Assembly (NCBI GenBank): GCA_963662545.2
Contig: CAXXLL010000002.1
Span: 576,001 to 640,000 of the forward strand
DNA from: Gammaproteobacteria bacterium
GTDB taxonomy: Bacteria; Pseudomonadota; Gammaproteobacteria; Ga0077536
DNA length: 64,000 nt
Direction of reading: 5' to 3'
Positions 40,389 to 51,659 of the stretch are shown piece by piece. Under the pieces are notes generated by a model. That model was given only the letters and a program-made list of their open reading frames with translations. It did not search any database and was not told the DNA's origin. The position numbers were made by a program, and so were the translations under genes. Each line of letters starts with the position of its first letter. Position 1 is the first letter of the stretch.

Positions 40389-40462
40389 GGGTCGTCAGCA
40401 GCCTCATCGCGACAGCGCAACACTGCTCTGGATTACGTCTGCAATGCGCTCGTAAGCGGTCG
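40389..40462 (+). repeat. 74-bp conserved repeat, copy b
   Basis: GGGTCGTCAGCAGCCTCATCGCGACAGCGCAACAC-N9-TTACGTCTGCAATGCGCTCGTAAGCGGTCG. Confidence 0.9.
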
Positions 40463-40939
40463 TCGCGCCAGCTTAATATTCGCTACGAGCGCTGAGTTCC
40501 GCTCGTGGCCGAGGCTGCGTCCGGACGTCACGTACAAGCAAAAAGAGATCCGACGACGCGGATTCCTTGTTACCAACGATATAAATTTGTTTACCCGGCT
40601 TCGCCTCACCGTGGTTCGAGGCATTGTGGTAGCGAAGAGCAAAGTCCTTCTCCACGTTCGGTCCAAAACCGCTCACGTGTTTTATTCGCCCGGCAGGCGA
40701 TCGATACGCGAGAATGTTGAGATCACGGCGGATGTCGAAGAGTTAAGCCGTTCTTTTGAACAATGTCCGCGCAGAGAAAAGCTTTTTGGCGATGCCGGGC
40801 GGTCGTCGGTCCGGAAGGTGCGGCGGCGCGGTTACAACCACAAGGCGGCCCAGCGGATGAAGCATGCTTTCTCCCGGGGACGTTCGGTGATGCGAGGCGT
40901 TCAGGAGCCGGCGCCGCTGCCAATGGATTGCATCCCCCT

Positions 40940-42916
40940 TCACTCATCGCGCCCTGTCCCTGCCTTGAAGCCCCGTAACCAGGCACTCGCCTCGCTCGCC
41001 AGGGTCCAACGATCGTCCGGGCCGAGGCCGTCGGGCCCAAAACGGTAACGCTGGTGCAGTTCGGCGAGGCGGCGAAGCGCTGCTGCATCGACCTCGGCGC
41101 CGAAACGGGCGGCGGCGCGTTCAATCCATGCGTGCATCGGTTCGTCGCCGCGCCGCCGGGCGCCGGCGGTCTGAAGCCGCTGCTCGATCTGGTAGAACTC
41201 CGAATCCGCACCCGGCCAGACGGTTCGCGCCGCCACGGCGGACCGCCGGCGGCCAGTGCGCCGGTGCCACAAGAACCACGCGGTGAGCGCGCACGCCATC
41301 GACGCAGCGCCGTAAGACACCCGCCGCGTCGCGATCCCGAACTGCGGCATCTCCCAGGTCCGCCAGCCATACAGCAACCACGAGAAGAGATCGCCGAGCG
41401 GCTCTAACAGCGAGGCGGTCTCATCCTCGACCGTGACCCAGATCGGCGGCGTGGTGTCGACGTCGATCCAGACGCCGTCGATGTAGGCGCGCGCCCAGGC
41501 ATGTGCATGGCGCTTGCGCACGACATAGCCTTCATCAACCAGGCGCCGCTCCTGCACTGAGAAGCCGGTCGCGTAGCGAGCCGGTATACCGGCCGCGCGC
41601 AGCAGGAGGGTCGTCGCGGTTGCAAAGTACTCACAGTGCCCGGCGCGCGAGACCTCGAGGAAGTGGCGCAGCGCCCCGCCCTCCGCTTCGATCGGTCCCT
41701 GGTAGAGCGAGTATGCGAAGCCCTCGAAGAAGTAACCGCGGATGGCTTCGAGGGCGGCACTCGGAGACATGGCATCGAGACCGAGATCCCGGACCACCAG
41801 CGAGAAGAGCGCACGATCGCCTTTGGTGAGATCGCGATCTTGCACAGTCGGTGCCGCCGTGAACGATCGGCCCGGTGATGCGATGGCGGTATAGGTGACT
41901 GTCCCCGCAGCGTCGTGCGCCTCGACCGCGCCGAGCGGATTACGCTTCAGCTGCCCGACCAGTAAACCTTCCACACGGTGGGTCCCGCTCGGCAGCGACA
42001 GCACGCCGACACGGCCCTTGAGATACTCGGAAATCGACACCGCCGATCCGCCGGCTGCGCCGTTCGCGATCTGCCAGGTAGCTTCATCCTCGCCGTGCGG
42101 CACGGATTCGAGTGCCGCGTCGCGCGCATTCCAGTTGCCGTACCGGTACTCGTTGTAGCTCGCCCGGTGCAGCAGTCGCGGCCGAATCTCGGGTCCGAGG
42201 TATTTGACGCGGAGTAGGATCTTGTCCGAAAGCTTGAGTTTGCCGATGTGGCCGATTTCGGTGCGGGTGCGGTAGGGATCGGTGCGCGATCCGGATATAT
42301 TGACGAGGTTCGCCCCCAGCGAAACGATGGTTGCCTGCAGCGCGCTGAGCCCGAGGTGGCCGGCATAGCCCAGGGCGACCGCGACCACAATGAGCGCCGC
42401 CCATGCGAGACCCGCGTACTGCCGCGGCCGCCTCGTCCACAACGCCCCGGTGACGAGCAACGCAAGGCCCGGGTAGAACCACACCGAGTACTCGTAGACG
42501 GCACTGCCCGCGAGCAGGCACACGGCGAAATACGGAAACTCGAGCCTGAAGCTGCGCCCGGATGTGGCGCTGGGTAAACGCCTCAGCAAAGGCAGTGCAT
42601 AGAGCGGCACACTGCCGCGCCGCGACAGGCCCTGAGCGACGAGGAGCGGCGCCAGCACTACGGGCAGCCACTGCACCAGTCGGATGATAGCGTCGCGCAT
42701 CGCGAGCGCGGTCAGCAGATACACCGCGAGGCCGAGTACGGCGAGCACACACGCCATGCCGATGCGGCGGAAGTGCTCATCAGATACATCGACGTTCGGG
42801 CTGGTCAGGCGCGGCCCGATCACGGCGAGGACGAGCACCGCGGCGAGCGGTAGCAACGTCGTCTGATAGCCCCAGAACAGGATCGCGCCCCCGAGCAGGA
42901 TCGAGGCCGCCGTCAC
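40940..42916 (-). CDS. membrane transglutaminase-like protein (TgpA-like)
   Basis: Multi-TM N-terminus; GHCEYFAT, GIPARYATGF, HAHAWA, DTTP (Cys-His-Asp). Confidence 0.9.
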   Translation of the reverse strand: MTAASILLGGAILFWGYQTTLLPLAAVLVLAVIGPRLTSPNVDVSDEHFRRIGMACVLAVLGLAVYLLTALAMRDAIIRLVQWLPVVLAPLLVAQGLSRRGSVPLYALPLLRRLPSATSGRSFRLEFPYFAVCLLAGSAVYEYSVWFYPGLALLVTGALWTRRPRQYAGLAWAALIVVAVALGYAGHLGLSALQATIVSLGANLVNISGSRTDPYRTRTEIGHIGKLKLSDKILLRVKYLGPEIRPRLLHRASYNEYRYGNWNARDAALESVPHGEDEATWQIANGAAGGSAVSISEYLKGRVGVLSLPSGTHRVEGLLVGQLKRNPLGAVEAHDAAGTVTYTAIASPGRSFTAAPTVQDRDLTKGDRALFSLVVRDLGLDAMSPSAALEAIRGYFFEGFAYSLYQGPIEAEGGALRHFLEVSRAGHCEYFATATTLLLRAAGIPARYATGFSVQERRLVDEGYVVRKRHAHAWARAYIDGVWIDVDTTPPIWVTVEDETASLLEPLGDLFSWLLYGWRTWEMPQFGIATRRVSYGAASMACALTAWFLWHRRTGRRRSAVAARTVWPGADSEFYQIEQRLQTAGARRRGDEPMHAWIERAAARFGAEVDAAALRRLAELHQRYRFGPDGLGPDDRWTLASEASAWLRGFKAGTGRDE

Positions 42917-44223
42917 AGCGCAGCCAGCCCCTGCTGGATGTCGGCGGTGCGCAGCACGTGCAGCGACCCCGCGTCCGGTTCTATCTCGATGTCGGCGTCG
43001 CTGATCACCAGAACCTTGAGCGGCAGGCCGCGCGCCTGTAGGTCGTCGACGATGTCGCGGCGCGGCGTGTCCCAGCGCAGCAGGATGAGGATGCAGCTGC
43101 TGAGGACGGCGAGGCGTTCGAGCACGGCCTCGTGTAGCTCGCGAAAAGGCTTGTCCGTGCAGGCCTCGACGCCGGCCAGGATCTCGAGCATGCCGACGGC
43201 GTGCAGCTGGCCAATCCCCGCGGTGAAGGTGTAGGCCTCGGCGCCGACGAACATGAGGTCGAGCAGGTTTTCCTGCGTCTCGATGGTACAGGCGAACGAC
43301 GCGGCGACGGCCACGGCTTCCTCGAAGACGGTCTCCTCGTGGACGGCCGAGAAGGTGTCGAGCACCAGTGCGTGGCGTTCGAAGAACTCGTCTTGATATT
43401 CCTTCACGACCGGCCGGCCGACCCGCGCGAAGCTCTTCCAGTGGATCTTCTGCAGCGGATCGCCCGCGCGGTAATCGCGCAGACCCACGAACTCCTCGGT
43501 ATCGCCCTTCGAGGCCGCTAGCGTGACGCCGCCATGCTGGTAGATCCGTGTTCCCGGCAGTTCGAGTTCGGGCAGCGCATAGCGTTTCGGGAGAACCAGC
43601 AGGGAACCCTTGAGCGGCGCGCGCGAAAGCGCGTAGAAGATTCCGAGCGGATCAGACTTCGCCAGGGCCACGGCGTCGAACTCAAGGATCCCGCGGTGGG
43701 ACGGGGTGAGCTCGTATTTAATATCGACGTCGTCACCGGGGCCGAGGATGCCGATCGGGCAGGGCTTCGTCTCCGCCACCTGCCTGCGCGAGAGCAGCGC
43801 GCGCCAGCGGGCGAGCACGGACGCGCGCGGGGCGTCGCCGCCTTTCGTCTGACGAAACTCCGCGTAGGTCGGGCGCGGGTCGATGAGCTCGTCGACGAGA
43901 GCGAGCGAGGTGTGCGCGGTCTGATCGTCGTTGTGCACGCGGATGCGGTAGCTCACCGGCTCGCCGATGGTGGCAAAGGGCGGCAGCTCGCGTGTGGCAT
44001 GGAAGCGCGTTCGCAAAAATAGCTGCGCAACGAACGCAACGAAAATGACCGACGCGATGAGCGTGAAGATCTGATAGGCCAGCGTGAGTTCGGTATCGAT
44101 TCCTATCGCAGCCGTGACCAGCAGGCCCGCGAAGAAGAACCGCCCTGTCACCGTGAGGCGCCGCCGCGCCCACGGGTTGACGCCAGAAATAAAGCGCAAA
44201 AGCCGGTACGTCAGCGCCTGCAT
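42913..44223 (-). CDS. DUF58 domain protein
   Basis: DPLG, EFVGLRDYRAGDPLQKIHWKSFAR..VKEYQ. Confidence 0.92.
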   Translation of the reverse strand: MQALTYRLLRFISGVNPWARRRLTVTGRFFFAGLLVTAAIGIDTELTLAYQIFTLIASVIFVAFVAQLFLRTRFHATRELPPFATIGEPVSYRIRVHNDDQTAHTSLALVDELIDPRPTYAEFRQTKGGDAPRASVLARWRALLSRRQVAETKPCPIGILGPGDDVDIKYELTPSHRGILEFDAVALAKSDPLGIFYALSRAPLKGSLLVLPKRYALPELELPGTRIYQHGGVTLAASKGDTEEFVGLRDYRAGDPLQKIHWKSFARVGRPVVKEYQDEFFERHALVLDTFSAVHEETVFEEAVAVAASFACTIETQENLLDLMFVGAEAYTFTAGIGQLHAVGMLEILAGVEACTDKPFRELHEAVLERLAVLSSCILILLRWDTPRRDIVDDLQARGLPLKVLVISDADIEIEPDAGSLHVLRTADIQQGLAAL

Positions 44224-44240
44224 GGGATGGTCCCGTCGCG

Positions 44241-45200
44241 TCAGGCCGGGAGCGGGTGTTCGTCCATGAGATCCTCGAGGATCGCCTCCGACGATCGACC
44301 CGAGAACCGTGATTTTGGATCGACCGCCATGCGGTGCGCGATAACGGGCGCGATCATCTCACGCAGGTGATCGGGCATGACGAAATCCGACCCGTCGATC
44401 AGCGCCAGCGCCCGCATCGCGTTGAAGAGCGCAATGGATGCACGCGGACCCGTTCCCATCTGCACCGACGCATGCTCGCGGGTCGCCCGCACGATCGACA
44501 CCGCGTAGCGCTGCAGCTCCTCGCTGATGTGGACGTCGCGTACGGCCGATTTCAGCGCCACCACGTCCTCGACCGAGACACAGGCGCCAAGCGCATCGAG
44601 CGGGTGTGAACGCGCCTGCCCGGTGACGACCGCGAGCTCCGCATCAAAGTCGACGTAGCCGAGACTCAGACGAATAGCGAAGCGGTCCATCTGTGCTTCC
44701 GGCAACGGGTAGGTGCCGCGGAACTCGACCGGATTCTGAGTGGCGATCACGAAGAAGAGGTCAGACAGCTGATAGGAGCGCCCCTCGACGCTGACCTGAC
44801 CCTCAGCCATGGCTTCGAGCAGCGCGGATTGCGTCCGCGGCGACGCACGGTTGATCTCGTCGGCGAGGAGGATATCGGTAAACACGGGGCCTTCGCGAAA
44901 ATTGAAGACCTGCTCGCGCGGGTCGAAAACCGAGACGCCGAGGATGTCGGAGGGCAGCAGATCGGGCGTGAACTGCACCCGCTTAAAGCCGGCGCCGACC
45001 GACTTGGCGAGGGCCTTGGAGAGCGTAGTTTTGCCGGTGCCCGGGTAGTCTTCCAGAAGCACGTGACCGCCGCTCGCGAAGGCGGCCACGATCTTGCGGA
45101 GGGATGCGGTCTGGCCGGTGATAACGGTCTCGACGTTAGCAATGATCTTGGCGGCGATTAGCTGTGCCGTCTGAATCGTCGTCGCGGTTGTGTCGTCCAT
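44241..45200 (-). CDS. moxR: MoxR-family AAA+ ATPase
   Basis: GHVLLEDYPGTGKT, RVQFTPDLLPSD, LADEINRASPRTQSALLEAM, GTYPLPEAQMDRF. Confidence 0.95.
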   Translation of the reverse strand: MDDTTATTIQTAQLIAAKIIANVETVITGQTASLRKIVAAFASGGHVLLEDYPGTGKTTLSKALAKSVGAGFKRVQFTPDLLPSDILGVSVFDPREQVFNFREGPVFTDILLADEINRASPRTQSALLEAMAEGQVSVEGRSYQLSDLFFVIATQNPVEFRGTYPLPEAQMDRFAIRLSLGYVDFDAELAVVTGQARSHPLDALGACVSVEDVVALKSAVRDVHISEELQRYAVSIVRATREHASVQMGTGPRASIALFNAMRALALIDGSDFVMPDHLREMIAPVIAHRMAVDPKSRFSGRSSEAILEDLMDEHPLPA

Positions 45201-45246
45201 GGTCCGGGTTCCCTGTCAGATTGGGGACAGTATATGGGGAATAAAC

Positions 45247-45440
45247 GGTGTCGGAGTTGACTTATTTGACTAACATATAGCCGTATTGGCGCCGCCTATC
45301 CTAGTATCCTAGGGGGCAAACCACGTTTTACACGGTGCCGCGCGTTTTCACGGTCCCGACAGCGGCCCGGCGCTCTTAGTCAATTAAGTCAATTCCGGCA
45401 CGCAATTCTCGTTCAAGTCAATTAAGTCAACTCCGGCACC
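45247..45440. repeat. 25-bp inverted/direct repeat cluster (REP- or MITE-like)
   Basis: GGTGTCGGAGTTGACTTATTTGACT (45247) is inverted at 45378-45401 and 45416-45440 (AGTCAATTAAGTCAAyTCCGGCAC). Confidence 0.75.
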
Positions 45441-45745
45441 CGATTCCTATCACCGAAGACGAGACGTAGCCCAAAATCGCCCAACGATTACCAAGAAAAT
45501 CCAACCATGGATATGTCAAGCGCAGACGAATGGAAGCGCCTACAGGCCGATATAGAAATAGCCCGGCAAGTCATTATTGCCCTGCGCTGGCTGATGGAAG
45601 ATACGGCGCCACAGTCATCGATGGATGCGAGTGGGGAGGTGTTGGATAGGCTGGGTGAGTATTCGCCAACTCGTGCTGGTGCGTAATACGAACCATCGCA
45701 AAGGCGGCGAGCTGCTAAAGGCGAATGGGTTTGGTGTACCCGGAT

Positions 45746-46060
45746 CTATTTATCGCCAGAAAAATCCAACCGATCTCGCAGTTTTTCAAGTTCCGGCTTC
45801 ATAAGCTCGCATCTCCGAGCGTATGGAGTCCTTCCTTTCCTTGGTTTTGCAAGATCGGAAATGGATTGAAGTGCGGTGAACATAATCAGAGCGGTTTCCC
45901 ACAACTTGTGCTCGATAGAATCGAGATTCGGCAATATGTTGATGGACATTGGAAATCCATCATCGCCATATGACACGCTGTCTTCTAAATGTTGCAAATT
46001 TGCGTGTACAGCATTGCTGTAGACGTTGTAATACAAATAGAGTCTGGGCACCTCGCCCAC
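45746..46060 (-). pseudogene. hypothetical protein fragment (DUF5677/HEPN-like C-terminus?)
   Basis: YxxxSxxVH motif (YNVYSNAVHAN) in an AT-richer block; no good start. Confidence 0.3.
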
Positions 46061-46387
46061 TCTGGCGTCTTGCTATCGAAAAACAAAAGCGACACATGCG
46101 TCGGATTGGAAAAGCGCCGTTACGGCGTTTTCAGTATGTGGGGACGTGGAAAGATTTACCACGTCAACCGACACGAAAGGCTACCCCGTAATGGCCCCAA
46201 ATCACCCCTATTCACCCCACCCCACCGAGACATCCACCCCGACCCAGGAGTAACCCCCACCCTGTCCTGATTAGGCCGATACGCACCCCGAAATAGGGGC
46301 TTTCTGGAGATTAATTACCGGCTACGCAATTCGGCGAGTGTAAAGAATCCTAGAAAATCGGGCAGCGGAGCGATTTATTGCCATAGA

Positions 46388-47206
46388 ATGTTTCGGGATA
46401 GACTAGATAAGCCCCAACTCGAGAGCGTCGGAATTCTGGCCACGAAACGCACAAACAGCAGTCGCCTAGCGTCCCCGCTAGTATTGACGTCGATTATGTC
46501 CGCGTTGATTGCTGTCTTATTGTTCGACGGCGCATCAGCTGCCACCCTCGTTGACAAACCTTGGGACCCGACCGTTTCGCCGAACGGATGGCTTGCCAAC
46601 CAAAGTCAATTTGGAGGACCGAACTTAACGGCAGATCCTTTTGCGTTAGTTAATGGGGCGACGGTAACAAAGGTCGCGTGGTGGGGCTTTGGGACGCTAG
46701 GCGCCGAAGGGTTCGGTTTTTTCGGGACTGCAACTTGGGACGTTCGATTCTTCGAGATGCAGGAAGGCTCGCCGCCATTTCCCGCTGCCAACGCCCTTTA
46801 TATTTACGACACTGGCCTAATTAGCGGCGCTCTCGTTCAATTTAACCCAGGCGGTGGGGCACCCATCCTGCAAACGTTCAGGTGGGAGGTAGATATTCCT
46901 AGTGTTTTTTTGCCTTCGGGCGACTATGCGATTAGCTTGGCGATTACCGATCACAACGGCATCTGGAATTCCGCGACCGAAATCGACGACGTATTGTGGA
47001 CTCGCTTTTTTTTCGGAGATACGTGGCTAGGCCCCATTGATTTCGAAGGATCTGCCGGTCGCCGGGACAATGCGTTTGTTTTATACGGTATTTCTGTTCC
47101 AATCCCCGCGCCGCTCGGTCTTTTCCTATCCGGTCTAATAGGGGCTATGGGACTTGGTCACCGAAAGCGCATAGACGAACCCGGCAAGTACACCCGGGAA
47201 CAATAG
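46388..47206 (+). CDS. exported protein with a PEP-CTERM/VPLPA-CTERM-type sorting signal
   Basis: Signal-like ..LIAVLLFDGASAAT; C-terminal VPIPAPLGLFLSGLIGAMGLGHRKR; true start probably downstream of 46388. Confidence 0.75.
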   Translation: MFRDRLDKPQLESVGILATKRTNSSRLASPLVLTSIMSALIAVLLFDGASAATLVDKPWDPTVSPNGWLANQSQFGGPNLTADPFALVNGATVTKVAWWGFGTLGAEGFGFFGTATWDVRFFEMQEGSPPFPAANALYIYDTGLISGALVQFNPGGGAPILQTFRWEVDIPSVFLPSGDYAISLAITDHNGIWNSATEIDDVLWTRFFFGDTWLGPIDFEGSAGRRDNAFVLYGISVPIPAPLGLFLSGLIGAMGLGHRKRIDEPGKYTREQ

Positions 47207-47256
47207 CGAATTGGGTATCAGGTCTTGCCTTTTGTCCGTGATGTCTGTTCAGGGTC

Positions 47257-47416
47257 CAGACTGTGTGAAAACTCAATAATACGACGCCGAAAGTAAAAAA
47301 TTCCCCACCAGCATAGTAGTTAAGCACCATGAAAAGGGATCAGCACATCGCATTAATCCACTTCCGAGTGTCGGTTCCCCACTTTTGAAAAACGCAAATA
47401 GTTTTCACACAGTCTG
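47257..47416. mobile_element. 160-bp MITE (IS1182-like ends), copy 1, GGTC target duplication
   Basis: IR CAGACTGTGTGAAAACT / AGTTTTCACACAGTCTG; GGTC at 47253-47256 and 47417-47420. Confidence 0.88.
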
Positions 47417-47489
47417 GGTCGTTAGCCGCCGCCTCGCGGCAGTGCAGCACTGGTAATAGTTACGTCTGCAATCCCCTCGTAAGCGGTCG
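47416..47489 (+). repeat. 74-bp conserved repeat, copy c
   Basis: GGGTCGTTAGCCGCCGCCTCGCGGCAGTGCAGCAC-N9-TTACGTCTGCAATCCCCTCGTAAGCGGTCG. Confidence 0.9.
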
Positions 47490-48261
47490 TCCTGTTGTTT
47501 TAAGTGTCGCGCTCCAAGCCCATTTCGGCTTTCGGCCAGAGGACTAAACCGCTCGCGCGGTAGGGGGAGGTTTCACCAGGCGTTAGCGATGGATTGACGG
47601 GAAGGGTCTGTCCCGTGTTGATGTTGGTTTGCGACATGCAACTCAACACAAGGAACAGACCCATGACCCAGAACAAGCATTCTATCAGCCCGTTGCGTCA
47701 ACGCATGCACGACGACATGCGCCTTCGTAAGCTCTCTGAGAAAACACAGACAGCCTATATCCGTGCGGTCAAGAATTTCACCCGCTTTCTCGCCCGTTCT
47801 CCCGACACCGCCGGTAGCGAAGACCTGCGGCGTTATCAACTTCACATGGTCTCCACCGGCGTGTCTCGCACGACCATCAACGCCACCATCACCGGTTTGC
47901 ACTTTTTCTTTGAGATCTCCCTCGAGCGGCCCGATGCGATGAAACGGATGAGTACCGTGCACGTGGAACGTAAGCTCCCGGTGGTCTTGAGCGGTGAGGA
48001 AGTTGCGCGCCTGTTACAAGCCGCGCCCGGCATCAAGTACCAGGCGGCGTTGTCGCTCGCCTATGGCGCCGGCCTTCGCGCCGGCGAGGGAGTCATGCTG
48101 AAAGTCACCGATATTGACCGTGAGCGCAAGCTCCTGCGCGTCGAGCAGGGTAAGGGACGCAAGGACCGCTACGCTATGCTCTCACCGACCTTGCTCAAGG
48201 TGTTGCGCACCTGGTACCGCAGCGCTGCATCGCAGGGCAAGATGTGGCCCCACGGCTGGCT

Positions 48262-49650
48262 AGGAGTTATAACTGAATCTGGTGTTTGAGCGAATTGAAT
48301 AAAGGCGGCGTATCTGGTTGAAATGTTGTTACCAAGCAGCAAGCCAACCAAAGAGGATACGCCACCATGAGAGAGAGTAACGTTGTTGAATTATCAGGTC
48401 GAGAAGGAATACCAGATCCGTTGACGGAGGTTTTGAGAAACGGTGCACGGGCGCTGATTGAGCGAGCAGTTGAAAGCGAGCTGGCAGAGTATTTGGCGCA
48501 GTATTCAAGCCATCGCACGGCGGACGACAAAGCAGGTGTGGTTCGCAACGGCTATTTGCCGGAACGCCAGTTGCAGACGGGCTTGGGGACGGTCACGGTC
48601 AGGATACCGAAGGTTCGTTCGAAGCTCGGCGAGCCGGTGACCTTCCGTTCAGCGCTGGTGCCGCCGTATGTGCGCAAGACAAGAACCTTGGAGGCGGCCG
48701 TGCCGTGGCTGTATTTGAAGGGCGTTTCCAGTGGCGAAATGGGCGCTGCGCTGGAAGTTTTGTTGGGGCCGCAGGCGAAGGGCCTGTCGGCGAGCACAGT
48801 GTCGCGCTTGAAGCAGGTGTGGGCGCAAGAATACCGCGACTGGTGCGAGGGGCGATTGGACCAAGACCGCTGGGTGTAGGTGTGGGCGGACGGTGTCTAC
48901 AGTGGCCTGCGGGCGGAGCACACGAAGCTGTGTGCGTTGGTGGTGATCGGCGTCAATGAGCGAGGCGAGAAGCGTTTTTTGGCGATGGAGGATGGTGTGC
49001 GGGAGTCCACGCAGAGCTGGCGCGAGGTGTTGCTGAAATTGAAGTCACGCGGGATGAATATTCCCAAGCTGGCGATCGGGGACGGTGCCATGGGCTTCTG
49101 GGCCGCACTGGAGGAAGTCTACGGTGAGACCCGCCAGCAACGCTGCTGGATGCACAAGACGATGAACGTGCTGAACTGCCTACCGAAGTCAGCACAGGCC
49201 AAAGCCAAGCAAGCCCTGCACGCGATCTGGCAGGCCGCGACAAAGGCCGACGCCGAGAAGGCGTTCGAGCTGTTCCTCAAGACCTATGAACCGAAGTATC
49301 CCAAGGCGACCCTGTGCCTACAGAAAGACCGTGAGGAGTTGCTGGCGTTCTATGATTTTCCGGCACCACATTGGCAAAGCATTCGCACGAGCAATCCGAT
49401 TGAATCCACCTTCGCTACGATCCGGCACCGGACCCGGCGCTCCAAGGGCGGTCTCTCTCGGGACGGCATGCTCCATATGATGTTCAAGCTGGGGCGGTGT
49501 GCGCAGAAGAATTGGCGACGCCTACGTGGATTCGACTACCTGGCCAAGGTGATTACTGGAGTTAAATTTGAAGATGGTATCGAGGTGACAAGGGTCAATC
49601 AGGTCGCCGCTTGATTCAACCGCCTGAACACCACTTTTGACAATAACTCC
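48262..49650 (+). mobile_element. IS256-family insertion sequence
   Basis: IRs GGAGTTAT..TGGTGTT / AACACCA..ATAACTCC; target duplication GGCTGGCT (48254-48261 and 49651-49658). Confidence 0.92.
48367..49614 (+). pseudogene. IS256 transposase with in-frame TAG at 48877
   Basis: RNGYLPER, YLKGVSSG, WV*VWADG, IGDGAMG, QRCWMHK, RTSNPIES in one frame. Confidence 0.9.
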
Positions 49651-49963
49651 GGCTGGCTGTTCCCGGGGCAGAACCCCGTCAACCCTCTGACCACCCGCCA
49701 GCTCAACCGGGCCTGTCATGCGGCGGTGGACCTAGCGACCATCGATAAGCGCGTGTCGCTGCATACGCTGCGCCATTCATTCGCAACTCATTTACTCGAG
49801 CAGGGGGTCGACATCCGTGTGATCCAGGTGCTGCTCGGACACCAGAAGCTCGAGACCACCGCGCTGTACTCCCAGGTCGCCATGCGCACGCTTCGTGAGG
49901 TCGTGAGCCCACTGGAACATCTCACCCTGGAGTTGAGACCGCCCGCCTGACCCGGCGGGTGAG

Positions 49964-51157
49964 GTGTCTCGGCAACCGCTCGAGGTCGCGGATATCTTCC
50001 GCGCCTACGGTCCGGCTTGGCGTCATGCGCACGCCGGACACCTCAGTCTCGGGCAGCTGAAGGTCATGTCGGCCATCGAGCGCTGTCGTAGCGCAGCGCT
50101 CGGCGGCCACGTTGTGCACTGCGACGCCTGTGACCACATCGAGATCGCCTACAACTCCTGCCGTAACAGGCACTGCCCGAAGTGCCAGGGCGCAGTGGCC
50201 AGGCAATGGCTTGCCGCGCGCGAAGCCGAGCTGCTACCGGTCGCGTACTTCCACGTCGTGTTCACGGTGCCGGCAGAGATCGGCAACCTCGCCTATCAGA
50301 ACAAGGCCGTTATCTACAACCTCTTATTCAAAGCCGCCGCCGAGACCTTGCTCACCATCGGGGCCGATCCCAAACACCTCGGGGCACGCCTGGGGCTCAC
50401 CGCCGTGCTGCATACCTGGGGCTCGGCCATGACCCATCATCCCCATCTGCACTGCATCGTGCCTGGCGGCGGGCTCTCGCTCGACGGCGTGCGTTGGCTC
50501 GCCTGTCGGCCCAACTTCTTCTTACCGGTGCGGGTGCTCTCGCGGTTGTTCCGACGCCTGTTCCTCGGCCAGCTGGGTGAACTCCACGCGGGCGGACAGT
50601 TGGCCTTCTTCGGCCAATACCAGGGACTCGAAGACCCGCACGCCTTCGCCGAGTTCCTCACTGCGTTGCGTAAACGCGAGTGGGTCGTTGATGCCCGCCC
50701 GCCCTTCGCCGGACCCGCCGCGGTGCTCGAATACCTCGCCCGATATACCCACCGCGTCGCCATCGCTAACTCGCGTCTCATCACCTTCGACCAACAACGC
50801 GTGAGCTTCAAGTGGAAGGACTATCGCGCCCAGCAGGAGAACCGCTACAAGACCCTGTCGCTCGAGACCGGCGAGTTCATCCGCCGCTTCCTCATCCACG
50901 TCCTACCCCACGGCTTCCATCGCATTCGCCATTACGGGTTGTTCGCAAACGGCGGGCGCACCGAGAACCTCGCAAAGGTCCGCGCTCTGCTCGGCATCGA
51001 GACATCCCAAGATGTCAACGACAACGACAACACTGATGAGGCGACACCCGACTGGCTACGCTGTCCGTCCTGTGGAGGTGCGATGCACATCATCGACACC
51101 TTCGAGCCCGGTCACGCGCCCTGTGCACCACCGCACCGCGGAGGCGACCCACCTTGA
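49964..51157 (+). CDS. IS91-family rolling-circle (Y2/HUH) transposase, intact
   Basis: YNSCRNRHCPKC, HVVFT, HPHLH, YLARY, RIRHYG, C-terminal CPSC. Confidence 0.93.
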   Translation: MSRQPLEVADIFRAYGPAWRHAHAGHLSLGQLKVMSAIERCRSAALGGHVVHCDACDHIEIAYNSCRNRHCPKCQGAVARQWLAAREAELLPVAYFHVVFTVPAEIGNLAYQNKAVIYNLLFKAAAETLLTIGADPKHLGARLGLTAVLHTWGSAMTHHPHLHCIVPGGGLSLDGVRWLACRPNFFLPVRVLSRLFRRLFLGQLGELHAGGQLAFFGQYQGLEDPHAFAEFLTALRKREWVVDARPPFAGPAAVLEYLARYTHRVAIANSRLITFDQQRVSFKWKDYRAQQENRYKTLSLETGEFIRRFLIHVLPHGFHRIRHYGLFANGGRTENLAKVRALLGIETSQDVNDNDNTDEATPDWLRCPSCGGAMHIIDTFEPGHAPCAPPHRGGDPP

Positions 51158-51659
51158 CCCTCGACCGTTCGAACTCGCCAGCCCACCAGCCCACAAATCG
51201 CCGCTTTACCACCGGCAACGTTACCGTCTTGCTTGGCGCCGTGACGAGACCACATAGCGGTACCGATCCCGCTCCTCAACGTCCGGTCACCCACCCACCT
51301 CATTGCACGCTGACCCGTTCTTGCCCGACACACCGCTTGCCGTTGGCTACCGATCATATCAATCCGAACAACGCCACCCTCAAATCCCCATAGCACCGTG
51401 CCGACCAACGCGCCGGCGTTCTTCTCCCGCGGTTTCCTCCCTTGAGGCTTGTCAGACGCCTGCCCCCACCCTCTCGACCCAGTCCGTCCACTGTCTACGG
51501 CAGGCATCTGACAACCCTTAACAGAGGACGAAACCGCTATCGCGGTAATGGTCGGCGAGGTTGTGGCGGAGGTGTTGTAAATTGAGTTAGCAAAATGGGC
51601 TCACCCTGTGTTGAGGTTGTTATCGCCAAACAGCAACCAGAAACACAGGAGATAAGCCC

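Larger units (their letters stand above)
47663..49950 (+). pseudogene. tyrosine recombinase interrupted by IS256
   Basis: MTQNKHSISPLRQRM..GAGLRAGE..PHGWL | [21 protein letters not shown]; the halves rejoin at the duplicated GGCTGGCT. Confidence 0.9.
47539..51523 (+). mobile_element. tyrosine recombinase + IS91 (Y2) element, copy 2 (distinct subtype), carrying IS256
   Basis: Left end GAGGACTAAACCGCTCGCGCGGTAG after GGCCA; right end ..AACCCTTAACA. Confidence 0.88.

Noticed and set aside
40308-41048. 246-aa + strand ORF
   Set aside because: It runs through repeat b and overlaps the transglutaminase gene end; composition is not protein-like.
46180-46300. ACCCC-rich tract as integrase arm sites
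   Set aside because: Low-complexity and irregularly spaced, with no adjacent integrase or core site.
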